Below are positions 10,001-20,179 of a DNA stretch of 64,000 nt, one piece after another (position 1 is the stretch's first letter; every line of letters begins with the position of its first letter). The DNA lies in NCBI GenBank assembly GCA_048772705.1, contig JBLWGC010000082.1:1-64000 (forward strand), read 5' to 3'. Source of the stretch: Leidyana gryllorum EB-2025a (Eukaryota > Protista > Apicomplexa). The notes beneath the pieces were generated by a model. The model searched no databases. It was not told the DNA's origin and saw only the letters and a list, made by a program, of their open reading frames with translations. The translations under genes were made by a program, and so were the position numbers.

Positions 10001-10570
10001 AGTGAAGCTACAGAATCACAGAAACACCAGGCAGATAAACGAAGGCAGCGGATCAGCTTCACGTTAGGAGAACAGGTATTGTTGAGCACGAAGAATTTAG
10101 CACACGTACCAACTCACAAACTTTCGATCCCATTCTGCGGACCCTTCAGGGTCGTACGAATAGGCGAGAACGACACATACACCATTGACCTACCGCAGGG
10201 ATGGGGCATTTTCCCCAAGTTTCACGCGAGTAGGCTGGAGAAGTTTACACAGAGGCAAGCAGAGCAGGAAGACCCAGCAAGAGAAGGTCAATCCGCTAAC
10301 GACGACGCAGAGAATGAACCATTGTATTTGATGCAAGCCATCACGGGCTGGAGACCCACAGAACAAGGGACCCAATACAGAGTCAGATGGGCTGGATACA
10401 CACAGGAAACATGGGAACCGGCGGAAGAAGTCCTAGCAGCACAAGGGGCGGACCTTATAGAGGACTTCAGGAGACAATGGAATCGCAGGAACCCGAACAA
10501 CCCCTTTCACACAGAACCGGAACGGCAACAAACCACGAATTTGGACCAGCTGGGCCCGGGAGGGGTGTAA
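7052..10570 (+). CDS. pol: Pol, element B copy 2 (frameshift signal at 7052-7104)
   Basis: Translation identical to copy 1. Confidence 0.95.
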   Translation, partial: GFSRRPRANADRSINKGPKREANGTLTTVWQLSRDERGPKMDVCVLVDTGATIPCINEATTRGLNLRRTGDHATLRTVQGTCGRELAEAQLYTNQGQSIRIRGALLPNMPYDVIISTSVIVKLGLCITVTKGKRLCILERYAVDVKEPTKEDWWADEQLHAAEVYVTEDLERTSMQPLDTPIDIPAKYAPLIQAYPEITRTETPLPPVRPGVDHRIELKDKNTTPFVRAPYRVPQRYITELRNQIVELKKAKKIQLSSSSWASPCLFVPKKDTAVPRLVCDYRRLNDATLKMASPIPALDEALQALAGATWFSTLDLKAGYHQIRMAPDSCSLTAFSTPWGLYEWTVMPNGLTNAPATFMNFMNQVFADLIGTSVFVYLDDVLVFSRTEEEHEDHLREVFERLKQNDLIIHNRKSHFFKREVTYLGHVIGESGAKPISERVDTLRELAYPTTLKETQRVLGMLNYYRRFIPHFANKAQPLYQLMHGCKRPSDRVADTEEARESLEQLKRSLAEASTLRHPTQLTQELTIYTDASLTAIGAALHLPAEQGGCPVEFISRTLTAAQTRYPTHERELLAIVEACRHWRHLLIGRKTTIMTDHKPLTHLLSQSHLSDRQARWLIHLAELDLEIKYIPGTKNIIADLLSRPRKQRNEPRHRETQAECNAVDQAPGTDAGEEISALEGRLRDAWKGREAEAGKQGEVEWINGLPVTPDGTIEVPTDLSLIKDIIEDNHDSALAGHLAADKTIGRIRALFSWKGLAMDTANYCRSCATCQRAKKRGHRPYGLLHPLSNPTLPWAEVGIDFLELPKDRETGKDYLLVVVDRLTRRLRLIPCEKSITAKDAAELFLDQVVKVHGAPMKIVSDRDTRFAAETWKEVMRSIGARPAMTTAYHPQSNGLTERANRSVLQILRCVLGGHRDRWMNHILSTEMAYNSAVQASTRMSPLELDTGRITFLPSRLNEIASTRSTMGKLHLQKMQEAIDRLSEATESQKHQADKRRQRISFTLGEQVLLSTKNLAHVPTHKLSIPFCGPFRVVRIGENDTYTIDLPQGWGIFPKFHASRLEKFTQRQAEQEDPAREGQSANDDAENEPLYLMQAITGWRPTEQGTQYRVRWAGYTQETWEPAEEVLAAQGADLIEDFRRQWNRRNPNNPFHTEPERQQTTNLDQLGPGGV

Positions 10571-10780
10571 GGGCTGCGAGAAGTGTTTGACGGAAGCCGG
10601 CCGGAGCCGGTCATCCATGGTAAGTCTGTGTCTCCGGAGACCGGCCGGCCGGCAAAAGGAGACACGGACACACGTGTGTAGTGCCTTTTTACTTACGTGA
10701 TTCGGCATCAACGAGAATAATGGACTTACGAAACGGCAAGGTACTCACCTTAGACAGTAGCACAAGGAACCCGTGTTACA
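10566..10780 (+). repeat. LTR B copy 3
   Basis: Matches copies 1 and 2. PPT at 10558-10565. Followed by element C integrase rather than a PBS. Confidence 0.95.
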
Positions 10781-11847
10781 CCCGGAAACTAATGGGCTAG
10801 TCGAAAGGGCGAATAGATCCATCGTTCAGATGATACGCTGTGCACTCTTAGGACATGGAGGGAACTGGGCTGGACACGTTATGGCGACCGAGATGGCGTA
10901 CAACGCCGCCCCTCAAGCCTCGACAAAGTTCTCACCTCTGGAATTAGACACTGGCAGGACGACCTTCCTCCCGAACAATCTGATGGATATAGCAGGACAG
11001 AGAAGTTTAACTGGCAGGATCTATTTGCAGAAACTGCAAGAGGCCTCGGACAGATTGAGACAGGCAGCGGCACAGCAGAAGAAGAACGCAGATCGACATA
11101 GACAGAAACAAGAGTTTCGGGTCGGACAAAAGGTACTTCTAGCGACGGCCCGACTGTCACACGTACCAGTTTCGAAGCTCACCACCCCGTATTGTGGACC
11201 ATTCACGGTACTGCAGCGGACCGGGGACGAGACTTATCTATTGGACCTACCAGAATCGTGGGGGATACACCCTAAATTCCACACGAGCCGGTTGGAACCT
11301 TACCATGAACGAAATCTAGAAGAGAGAATTACAATCACCGAAGACGCATTGAACGACCCGTGCTCCAGCGGAAATGACCAACGGAAATCAAACGATGAAC
11401 AGCTCTATATCATGCAGGAAATCATAGGTTGGCGTGAAACGGACGGAGGACTGGAGTATAAGGTTAAATGGGTAGGTTATCAAGACGAAACCTGGGAGCC
11501 GGCAACCAATGTCATTCAAGCCGATGGCCAAGACCTGATAGAAAGCTTCATGAAGAAGTGGAATAGACGATTCCCCAAGAACCCATTTCAGCTAGAAGGG
11601 GGAGGAGTGTAGACCCCAGTCACACTACATAGCCCTGTTTTGCTTAGTCCCTGGCCAGCCAGAGCTGGTCCAGTATAATAGATCACGTCTCCGATGACCG
11701 GCAAACCGGCACACACGGAGACGCGCAACTTACAAACACGTTTTTATTAAGTCTGGAACCGCTTGCAGATGCCACTGGAATTACGTAGTAGCAAACGCCC
11801 CCACCGGCAACCACTTACCGACACCACTGGCGGGGGAACCGCTTACA
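10781..11847 (+). mobile_element. Chromovirus element C, 3' fragment (integrase C-terminal half, chromodomain, PPT, 3' LTR)
   Basis: PETNGLVERANR, GPF and chromodomain YKVKWVGY..TWEP, with a stop at 11612. PPT AGAAGGGGGAGGAG at 11594-11607. Confidence 0.9.
11608..11847 (+). repeat. 3' LTR of element C (about 240 bp, TGTAG...TTACA)
   Basis: Starts at TG after the PPT. Ends GGAACCGCTTACA, similar to the B LTR end GGAACCCGTGTTACA, exactly where the element D coding sequence is cut. Confidence 0.8.
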
Positions 11848-14800
11848 CGCCATGCCTTTCCACCAGACCCATCGCTTCATGCGGCTGAGTGTGCGGTTGA
11901 TGCCCAGGTGACCTCCATACCTGGCTGCATGGAACCAGTAGAGGATAGCTTCTCTCAACTTCTTCGGAATGAATAACTTGTGGGTGGTCTTCGAAACGTA
12001 GTGACCGGAGGGTAATTGGTAGCATGCGACCTTCTCGTCCTCCGTCATCTCAGTGTATGCCCCCGTCAGTTCCGCCAACTGTGGGATTCGAGGGGTTTTA
12101 CCTAACAACTGACCCACGTAGCACGACGTCGACATCAGCTCCAGTTCCTGCTCTGAAACACCTTCATCTGTCGTCCGTGACAGCCAATCCGCCATAATAT
12201 TCACCTCTCCCGAGATGTGCCTGATCTCGAGGTCGAACTGCTGCAGAAACATAGCCCATCTCTGGACTTTGCCGTCCTGCGCTGAATGCATCCATTTCAA
12301 ACTTTCGTGATCTGTCTCGACAATGGTCCGAGAGCACTTAATATAGTCCTTGAAGTGGTCCACAGCCCATTTGATAGCGAACGCTTCACGTTCTCGCGTG
12401 TCCCATCGCCTCTCCGCTGGGCTCAAGGTCTTGCTACCGAATTCGATGGGGACCCACTCACCATCCTGCTGCTGCATCAGTACTGCTCCGATTCCTTTAT
12501 CAGAGGCGTCCGTCATCATCTTAAATTCCCCGGTTCCCGTTGGCGCTCGTAGAATCACTGCGCGTATGAGCTCCTGTTTCAGCAGCCTGAACGCATCCTC
12601 CTGTTCTAACCCCCATTCCCACGTGGTGCCCTTCTTCATCAGCCTCGTGAGAGGTTCCACAATCGTCGCTAGGCCCGGAATGAATCGTCTCAGGTAGCTG
12701 ACCGTACCCAGAAACGATTTGAGAACCTTCTTGTCCCCTGGTGGGCTAGCCTGCACGATCCCTTGTACCTTGTTAGGAGACGGGGCAATGCCAGAACTCC
12801 CCACCTTATGTCCTAACACTTCGATCTCCGCCTTATCCAATTCTGACTTCTCCATTTTTAAAGACAGTCCTCTCTGGCATGCTCGCGATAACACCTCCAC
12901 CAGCAGCCGATCATGTTCGCTCTCCGTCTGCGCCGCTATGATGATATCATCAACGTAGCAGAAGACACCCGAGTTGTACAGGTCACCGAACGTGTCATCC
13001 ATGACCCTTTGGAATTCGGATCCACTAGTTTTGATCCCAAACGGGAGAACGTTAAACTCGAACGTCCCTCTATGTGTGACGAAGGCAGTATATTCCTTCG
13101 ATCCCTCCTCCAATGGCATCTGCCAGAAGCCTGAATAACAATCTAAACTTGTATAGCGACTCTTTCCGGCTATATTCTGCAATTGATCCCAGATCAGAGG
13201 AAGCGGATACGAGTCTGCTTTCATCAACTTATTCAGTGGTCGGTAATCGATACACAGTCGCCAGGACCCGTCCTTCTTCCTGATGAACACTGGCGCACTC
13301 CCCCACGCTGACTTGCTTGGTCGGATGGCGTCTTCATCTAGTAACTTCTTTAGCTCCTTCTCTAATACCTCCTTCAATATTGGTGACAGTCGCCGCATCG
13401 GCTCCTTCACCGGTCTGCCTCGGACCTCTAGCCGTGCCTCTGCTCCTGTGATCCCACCCAATCGGGGCTTTATCCAGCAGGCCTGGTGTTGCATGAAGAT
13501 CTCCTTCAATCGCCCTTTTCGGTCAGCTTCTAAATGGCTCGTTGCTCCATCCCACTTCTTCTGCATTTCTTCCGCCTCTTCATCTGTCACGCAATGCGGT
13601 GTCGCAAGCGCAATGAGGTGCTCCTCCGCTGCTGTTGCAATCACCACCTGACTGTCCACGTCCTTCAGGACGAAGTTTACCGTGTCGATCAGAGCCCTCA
13701 GCTTGATCAACTCGGCATATCCGAGCAACGCTGGAAAGTCCTCTTCATCCAGGAGATAAAACTCCACCTCTACCTCTCGTTCGCCGATCCGCATCCTGAT
13801 CGGTTTCTGTCGTACCGCCGACCTCCTTCCCAATCCTACAAAATTGAGTGTCTGACCTGTTGGTTCGAGCCCGAGCCTCCGCGCTACGGCCCGTCCGCAC
13901 ATCGATCTAGCCGCCCCCGTATCCATCAGCATCGTAACGGTCCGGCCCTCATAGACGGCCAAAACTTTGAACATCCATCGCGGCTGCGGTAATGGTCCGT
14001 TCATTCTTGTTATTAAACTCGACATACCAAGGTACTCATCTCCGCTAACGTCACCTTCCTCGATAGCCACGTTCGCATTCGTTCCCGCCTCGTTCCTCTG
14101 TTCCGTTAGTGGTTGTTCCACGATCTCGGTCATCTGTTGGGCGTATGGTGGGATATTGCGCTGAATTAATCTCTGCGCCTTCTGTAAACTTGTTGCTTTG
14201 GTCCCATCTCCTTCCACTGTGATCGTCACACCTCCTCTGATCTTCTCCCTCATCTCTACCTGCTTCCCGCCCATGCAGTCCGGGACCACGGTCACGAGAC
14301 AGGCTCGCGCAATATGGCCTTTCTTGCCACATCGGCGGCATATTGACTCTGCATGTGGGCACTCCCTCCGGTAGTGTTGCCCCAGACATCCGTGACATTG
14401 GCCAGGCCTCCTTCCTCCGGCCGGCACGGCTGCAGAATCCCTTCTGTTGCTCGCCTGTGGACTCTCGCTCGCCACGAATAATGACTGCTCCTCCAACAGG
14501 AGTTCTTGTCTCATTTGCTCCACACGAAGGGCCCTCTCCACTAGGCCGTTCTGCAATCGCCACTCCGCCTCCATCATCACTCGCGCTGCTACCGACTTCG
14601 GCAGAGCCATCTTCAATCCTTGGGCGATCCTTCTCTCACCCAACGCCGCTTCTATCGCCTCGTAGCCCCTCCTACGCGCGATCCGCACCGCGCGCTCACT
14701 TTTCATGACGATCATATCGACCGCATCCTGCACAGTCCGCTGCTCCTGAGGGTAGAGTATTTGGCGTTCCAATTCGGCTAAGTAATTGTCAGTTGCAAAC

Positions 14801-15267
14801 TGGGAGTTGGCTACTTCGGTCACCAACTCCTCATACGTTTCGCAACCGCTTACCGCCGTTATCGCTGACTTCCAACGCCGACTTCCAGCTGCCAACGCCC
14901 ATTTTGCCTTGAAAAGCTTCACCGAGCAGGGCATCATCATCATGACTTCGGCAGCCGCATCCACCCAGTCCTCGAATTCACCTTCTTCACTTGGATTAAA
15001 TGGCGGAAGCTCGATTCGCTTCAACGCCTTGGCCCAGTCTTCTTCCTTATCATCAGTAATGGCAGTGCTAGGCACCACCGGGAATCGTCGCTGTACTCGT
15101 CCTACGGCCGCCTTCAGCAAGATCCGATCATTCCCAGAACAGCCCCCATAATTCGTGATCGGTTCTGCAGGCCGATCAGCGTTCGGAACTGCCGTTAGGT
15201 CGACCGTAGGATTTTGATCTTCCTCCTGGTTGCTTGCCGCCTTGCTCCTTAATCCGTCCTTCGCCAT
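11848..15267 (-). mobile_element. Ty3/Gypsy element D, single fused gag-pol ORF truncated in the integrase zinc-finger region
   Basis: Two knuckles (CHGCLGQHYRREC, CRRCGKKGHIARAC), MDTGA, YVDD, TDAS and FH...GGHLG...WWKGMA. Interrupted by the C LTR. Confidence 0.92.
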
Positions 15268-15299
15268 CACGTAGTTTTATTAGTACCACCAGTTCCGTT

Positions 15300-15430
15300 T
15301 GTGCCGAGCACACGCGTGTCTGGATGCCGGTGTCTCCGTGTCAGCCGGCCCCAATCGTCATATAGATCACCACACATAAAATATAAACAAATAAAAGATG
15401 CAAAAGGGGGTTCACTAATCTAGGGTTACA
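15300..15430 (-). repeat. Putative 5' LTR of element D (inner boundary uncertain)
   Basis: The minus strand begins TGTAACCCTA at 15430 and carries GGAGACAC and ACACGCGTGT motifs like the B and C LTRs. No second copy is available to confirm it. Confidence 0.4.
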
Positions 15431-15519
15431 GTACCCTAACACTTCGTGTCACACAGGGGTTTGACGAATCACTGCCTTACTTTGTAAACGCGTTGAGATT
15501 TCATTATTCCCCATTCAAA

Positions 15520-18500
15520 CACTTACTGCCTTAACCTCGTCGCTCTTATTTTCAGCGGAAGGATCGGTGCGCGTCTCGGAGCCTCTCGAACTGTCCTTCT
15601 TCGGGCCCCTTCCCTCTTTCGCGGAGGATTTGGCGTTAGAATCGCCTCCTTCGGCTTTCTCATCTACTGGGGCACGCTTCTTAGCTGGGGTTCGACCGCC
15701 CTTCGATCTCCTTTCTTTCCTTTCCTGTGATGTGGGATCAATCAGACAATCAAAAGATCATTCACCTGCGGCGGGATGAGAACGTCTGACAGAGGTCCCT
15801 TGCCCCGGGGACCCTGGCCACTCCGATGTGTCTGCGAAACTGGAACGACCGAAGATTGAAATTCCTTACTGCAGGCGAAGTTTCGAGTGGAGTTGTTGTA
15901 GCATCTGGCTGATTTGGGGGAAGACGGGAGTCACCACCCGGAGCGGTGGAAGTTGTGTTTCGCGCAATAATCGTCGCGGTGGAAGTTGTGTTTCGTGCAG
16001 CCGTCGGAGCAGTGAAAGTTGAGTTTCGTGCAGTGTGCTGAAGTTTGGTTTGGAAAGCTTCACCAGCCATTCTGTCCGTCTGTCGGCTCTCAAGTCGCCC
16101 AATTTCATGAGCAGTCTTTGGTTTCTGACCCGGGAACACCTGCCAACGGTATCCTCTCCTCACTGGCTGACGAGCGTCGGGTACGGGAGCCATAACTCCC
16201 CCAGTGCCCCCGGCTGTGAAGTTGTGCCCCACGCTTGTAGGTCCAATGGGCACTGTGAAGTTACCGGCAGCCACCAAAGTCGTCAACAATGCGTTGTCGG
16301 ACTCGTTGCGCTGGGCATTCTGTCGATGTGAGCGGACGGTAACAGTCATCGCTCAAAGTAATCGAGAGTCAATAAGGTCAAAATTCCAAAGACCGGAAAT
16401 GTGTATTAATAAGTAACTTGAATGAAAGTCGTTTGTCGGCTGCCCAGCCCATCGTGTCGCACACCAGTACACTGAGAGTTTTTTTGCCAATTTTGGAGAG
16501 ACACGCCGTCGACCAGGGCAGTAAATGAGACCACATACACTAATCAGAGGAAATCCCGAAGCCGTCGTCGGACGCACTACGCCCCCCTCCTCAACGATAC
16601 TTCGGAAAAAAAACACCTGAGTCAGCTGCAAAGACGCAGTCGAGGGGACGCAGTAGCGGGTTGGCGCTGTGATATAATAGACGGTCTCCAGGTGTACAAA
16701 CGACGGCGGACGAATACCTCCAAACACTCTCATCCAATACCAAGGGAGAACGTTAGACACGAAAGCTGTCGAAGTATTGTATGGCCACGTCTCTCAAAAG
16801 TCTCGAACGAAGTTGACGGAGGTCAGCCGTTACCAGAAGGCCACGCTGCCCAATTCCCTATGAACGGTGATGCTTTGGGAACAGCGATGTTCAGCTTTTG
16901 GCGCTCCGCTCGAGCCCGAGCCATTTTTACATCTGTGTTAGCGATTATCACCGACTTTTTTGGGATTGGAGAAGCATTCGACAATATGGTGGGGAACTTT
17001 TCGCGAGCGCAAAACAGGTGATTACAGGTGGTACTGACGCACAGTAGGGATCAGTGACCTCAATGATGGCATTTTGGCATTATTAACCCAACTCTTGAAA
17101 GATCCTTGATCAGCATTAGCTTTAACAACTCGATAAGCGGCATGAAGCGATCGAGCGAGCCGGTCCGACTCGGTCCAAGTGCCGATGTGCACAGAATATT
17201 TTCCCAGCGTCTCCAACTCCAGGAGAAGGTCCCTTTCTTCTTGTGTTGGAAGATTTTGTGATCCGCTGGCTCGGCCAAGCACAAGGAGCTGCAATAGAGC
17301 TGCAGCACTCAGTGCCGAATTCTCATCAAGTAGAGTTTTCATCATCGTAATCGCATCTTCACCTTAAGCTCTTAACCGCTCCGTCAGCGCAATCACACCC
17401 TGTGAGCCTACTGTCGCCCTCGGCACATTGACCCTAAGCCTAGATTAGAGGTGCTCGGTTGGGATGACAGTTGGCCACCGGGTGCCCCTCTCAGTCATAC
17501 GACTATAGATCTGTTCCGGTCCAGCCTAAAGAACCGGTCACTCCCCACGGCACACTCACGCACTTGTGGATCGACCAGCCTGTAATTCAACTCATCCATA
17601 TGCGAAAACATTCGAAACACCTCGTGTGCATTCATCCTTACCGCCGCGGAGTGCTCCGCTCGGCTGACCTCTTCACGATAGCTGGCAGCGTGAGGAACAC
17701 TCTCACTCTGTATGGTTTCATACTTCAATTTCAGCGAATGTGCTCAGTCCACTCGCAACTGAGATGGTAAGTTGCAGTGCAGACCATATCATCCTCGCGC
17801 CTCGAGGTTGAGACCTCGACCATACGGAGCAGACTCCCCTGGCATCACAAGACGCGCAGCTTTCAAATTACGCTCCGAAAATCTGAGAACAACACCAAAG
17901 TACACAATCGCCTGACCAATTCGCTCCTCCCTCGACTCAAGTCGCGATCGCATCAACCCAAGTTCAATGTGCACGTTTCCAGCCTCTCGATGCCTTCATC
18001 AGGCTCACGCTGCCGACGATGTTCACATCGGGAGTCAGCGTGGTTTGACACATTCATAGCCGACTTCAATCGCGCTTGACTTGGTGGATGCGGTACTGAG
18101 ATTCCAACATTTGCTTCCCCATGTCTCCTACCGTCCATCAACAAACCTTCTCAAATTTCCCGACCTGATAGCCCCGCTGGCCACCGAAGTGTCCAAAGCT
18201 ACATACTGCGGGATGAGTGCGGGGAGGTGCGTTCATGTCATCAGAATAGACGTGACCATCTCGATGTCCGTCCTCTCAAGTGGCATCCTAATAATCAGCT
18301 TTTCCCACAGATTTAGCCCACAAGCATCAGTACTCAGACTTGTGTCGAGAACGTGACCATTGCTTCCCCTAGCCACCGACCCAATGGAAGATGGAGGCTC
18401 ACTGAGCTTCGATAACTTTTCTGAAACTCAGCTGGATTCCCATTCGTGAGAACAAAGGCAGCCGTTATTATCAAATACCGGCCTTACAAAATGAGAGTCG

Positions 18501-18800
18501 AGGATTCGAGCCGTATCGCGTCAGATTCCGTGATTGAGTCTTACAATGTGACACGCCAACTTTCAGATAGCAACAGCTCCTTATGCACTGATTTGGCGGT
18601 GCTAGGTCGGGCTGGGGAGGATCGTCGGCTGGAGGGGCTTCTGCAGCCGACGACCGAGCAACCACCGGTGTAGAACCGTGTAGTCCAAGAAGTGCGGCCT
18701 GGGCCCGGATGTTCGACGTCATCCGCGGCACGTTGGGGCGGCGCGCAGCAGGTGCGGGGGACTTCTTGGGAGCGGGGGTCTTTTTTCCCTTTGGGGCCAT
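15520..18800 (-). pseudogene. Fragmented or decayed gene(s) of unknown function
   Basis: A Lys/Pro-rich ATG-initiated start at 18800 (MAPKGKK) and coding-looking segments (17022-17345, 15762-16349, a charged tail near 15520-15730), separated by stops I could not resolve as introns. Confidence 0.35.
15943..16032. repeat. Imperfect 33-bp tandem repeat x3
   Basis: GCGGTGGAAGTTGTGTTTCG(C/T)GCA at 15943 and 15976, degenerate copy at 16009. Encodes ARNTTSTA on the minus strand. Confidence 0.8.
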
Positions 18801-20179
18801 TCGTAACAGTCTCTCTGTGCACTCTCACGCACGCTACTTTATTCTCTAAAAGATTGTTCTACATCGGGAGACGGCGTCTCCCGTCTCCCTTTACTACTAC
18901 TGTCCATGCCCTGGGCTAATCATGCACCATTCAGTGATGGGTCGAATTAGTACGCTGTATATACACCGTCACAATCATTCAGTCAACAAGAGACGCGAAT
19001 TGGCATCACGATAAGTCCAATAAGAGCAGTAAATACGGAAGAGCTTGCCGTGAACAAAGTCGCTCTGTCGGTGTCGAAGCGAGCCCCGTCCACCCTGTCA
19101 TAAAATCTCAGATGGAAGCATCACGCATTGTTGATACTTTCAGGAGCGTCACACCACCAGAGTGCAAAGGCTGCTCAGCTCCCTGCCCACCTCTTCCTGA
19201 TCAGGTGAAATGCAATCCGCAGGTAAGTTAAAAATTGCCGAGTTTTTCAATGCGAGGGGAGTTCGTTGTGTCCCCACTCCTTCTGTCCTCACCATTGATA
19301 AGAAGTCGAACTCTAAGATGCTGAGCTCCCACCATCACTACAAGTTCTTGTAAGCACAGATACTGGCGAACGGACATGATGCAATCAGTGATGCCAGACA
19401 CCGGCTCGCCATCCTCAACAAAAGACAGTAATCAACACTTTCCGATGCGTCAGACTGTCGATCGGCCCCCACCTATCTGCAGAGGTGCACCAATTGACCA
19501 ATGCCCTCCCCCTCCCAACGTTCAAATAAGGCTTCGCAGCCTGGCTGATCTTTAGGTGACAGTTCTGAAACAGAGAGGAGCCGTAGGATACGATTGGGGC
19601 CGGGAAACAGAGGCAGACGATCTTCTTTAGATTAGTGGCTGGTTAGACAGAAGACGTGTGGTAACGCGAGTGAGGTAAGAGGATGGCGTCTCTGCCACCA
19701 GAGGGGGGACTACATTGGACCCTCACGTGAAGCGATGTGCTGGGCCACCATGACTTCCGAAACTGACTACTCCGGACGCAAGTTGGTGTCGAGGACAGTG
19801 AATGGCTAGGAATATGGCGAGAGAGAGATCAAAGCCCTCAAAGAAAGCCGTGCGGAAGCACGATGCCCAGACTGGGATACGTACAGCGAACTAGATTTCC
19901 CTGGAATCAGTTCAAGCGCTCCCGCTGGTCGGAAGAGAAGCTTCGCATTGTGTTGTATTAGTCTTTCATCTCGGGGAATGCCCACCGACACGGCAAAGTC
20001 TGCAGTCCAAGGTCTCAAGGATAGAAAGTTCAACCAACATTAATCGATTAATGTTCAAGCGCGTTGTCAGCGTGTATTATCCATGTGTAATATCATTCCA
20101 TAGTGGGATCAATCAGCTCGTAGAAAACAGTATAATACCAAAAAGGGTCGAGTGTATCGTCACCGGCCTGTTCAAACTT

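Larger units (their letters stand above)
1066..10780 (+). mobile_element. Chromovirus (Ty3/Gypsy) element B, tandem array LTR-gag/pol-LTR-gag/pol-LTR
   Basis: Three 215-bp LTRs at a 4750-bp period. The ORF track repeats identically at offset 4750. Each unit has a PBS, a PPT, gag and PR-RT-RH-IN-chromodomain. Confidence 0.96.

Noticed and set aside
11815-11847. Natural C-terminus of the element D ORF
   Set aside because: These codons are the antisense of the C LTR end. D is truncated at 11848.
15421-15439. Telomere-like TAGGGTT / ACCCTAA
   Set aside because: Only single units in a short inverted repeat at a putative LTR edge, with no tandem array.
18900-20050. Possible tRNA, snRNA or rRNA gene in the long non-coding gap
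   Set aside because: No recognisable RNA gene signature by eye. An Infernal/Rfam scan would be needed to exclude one.
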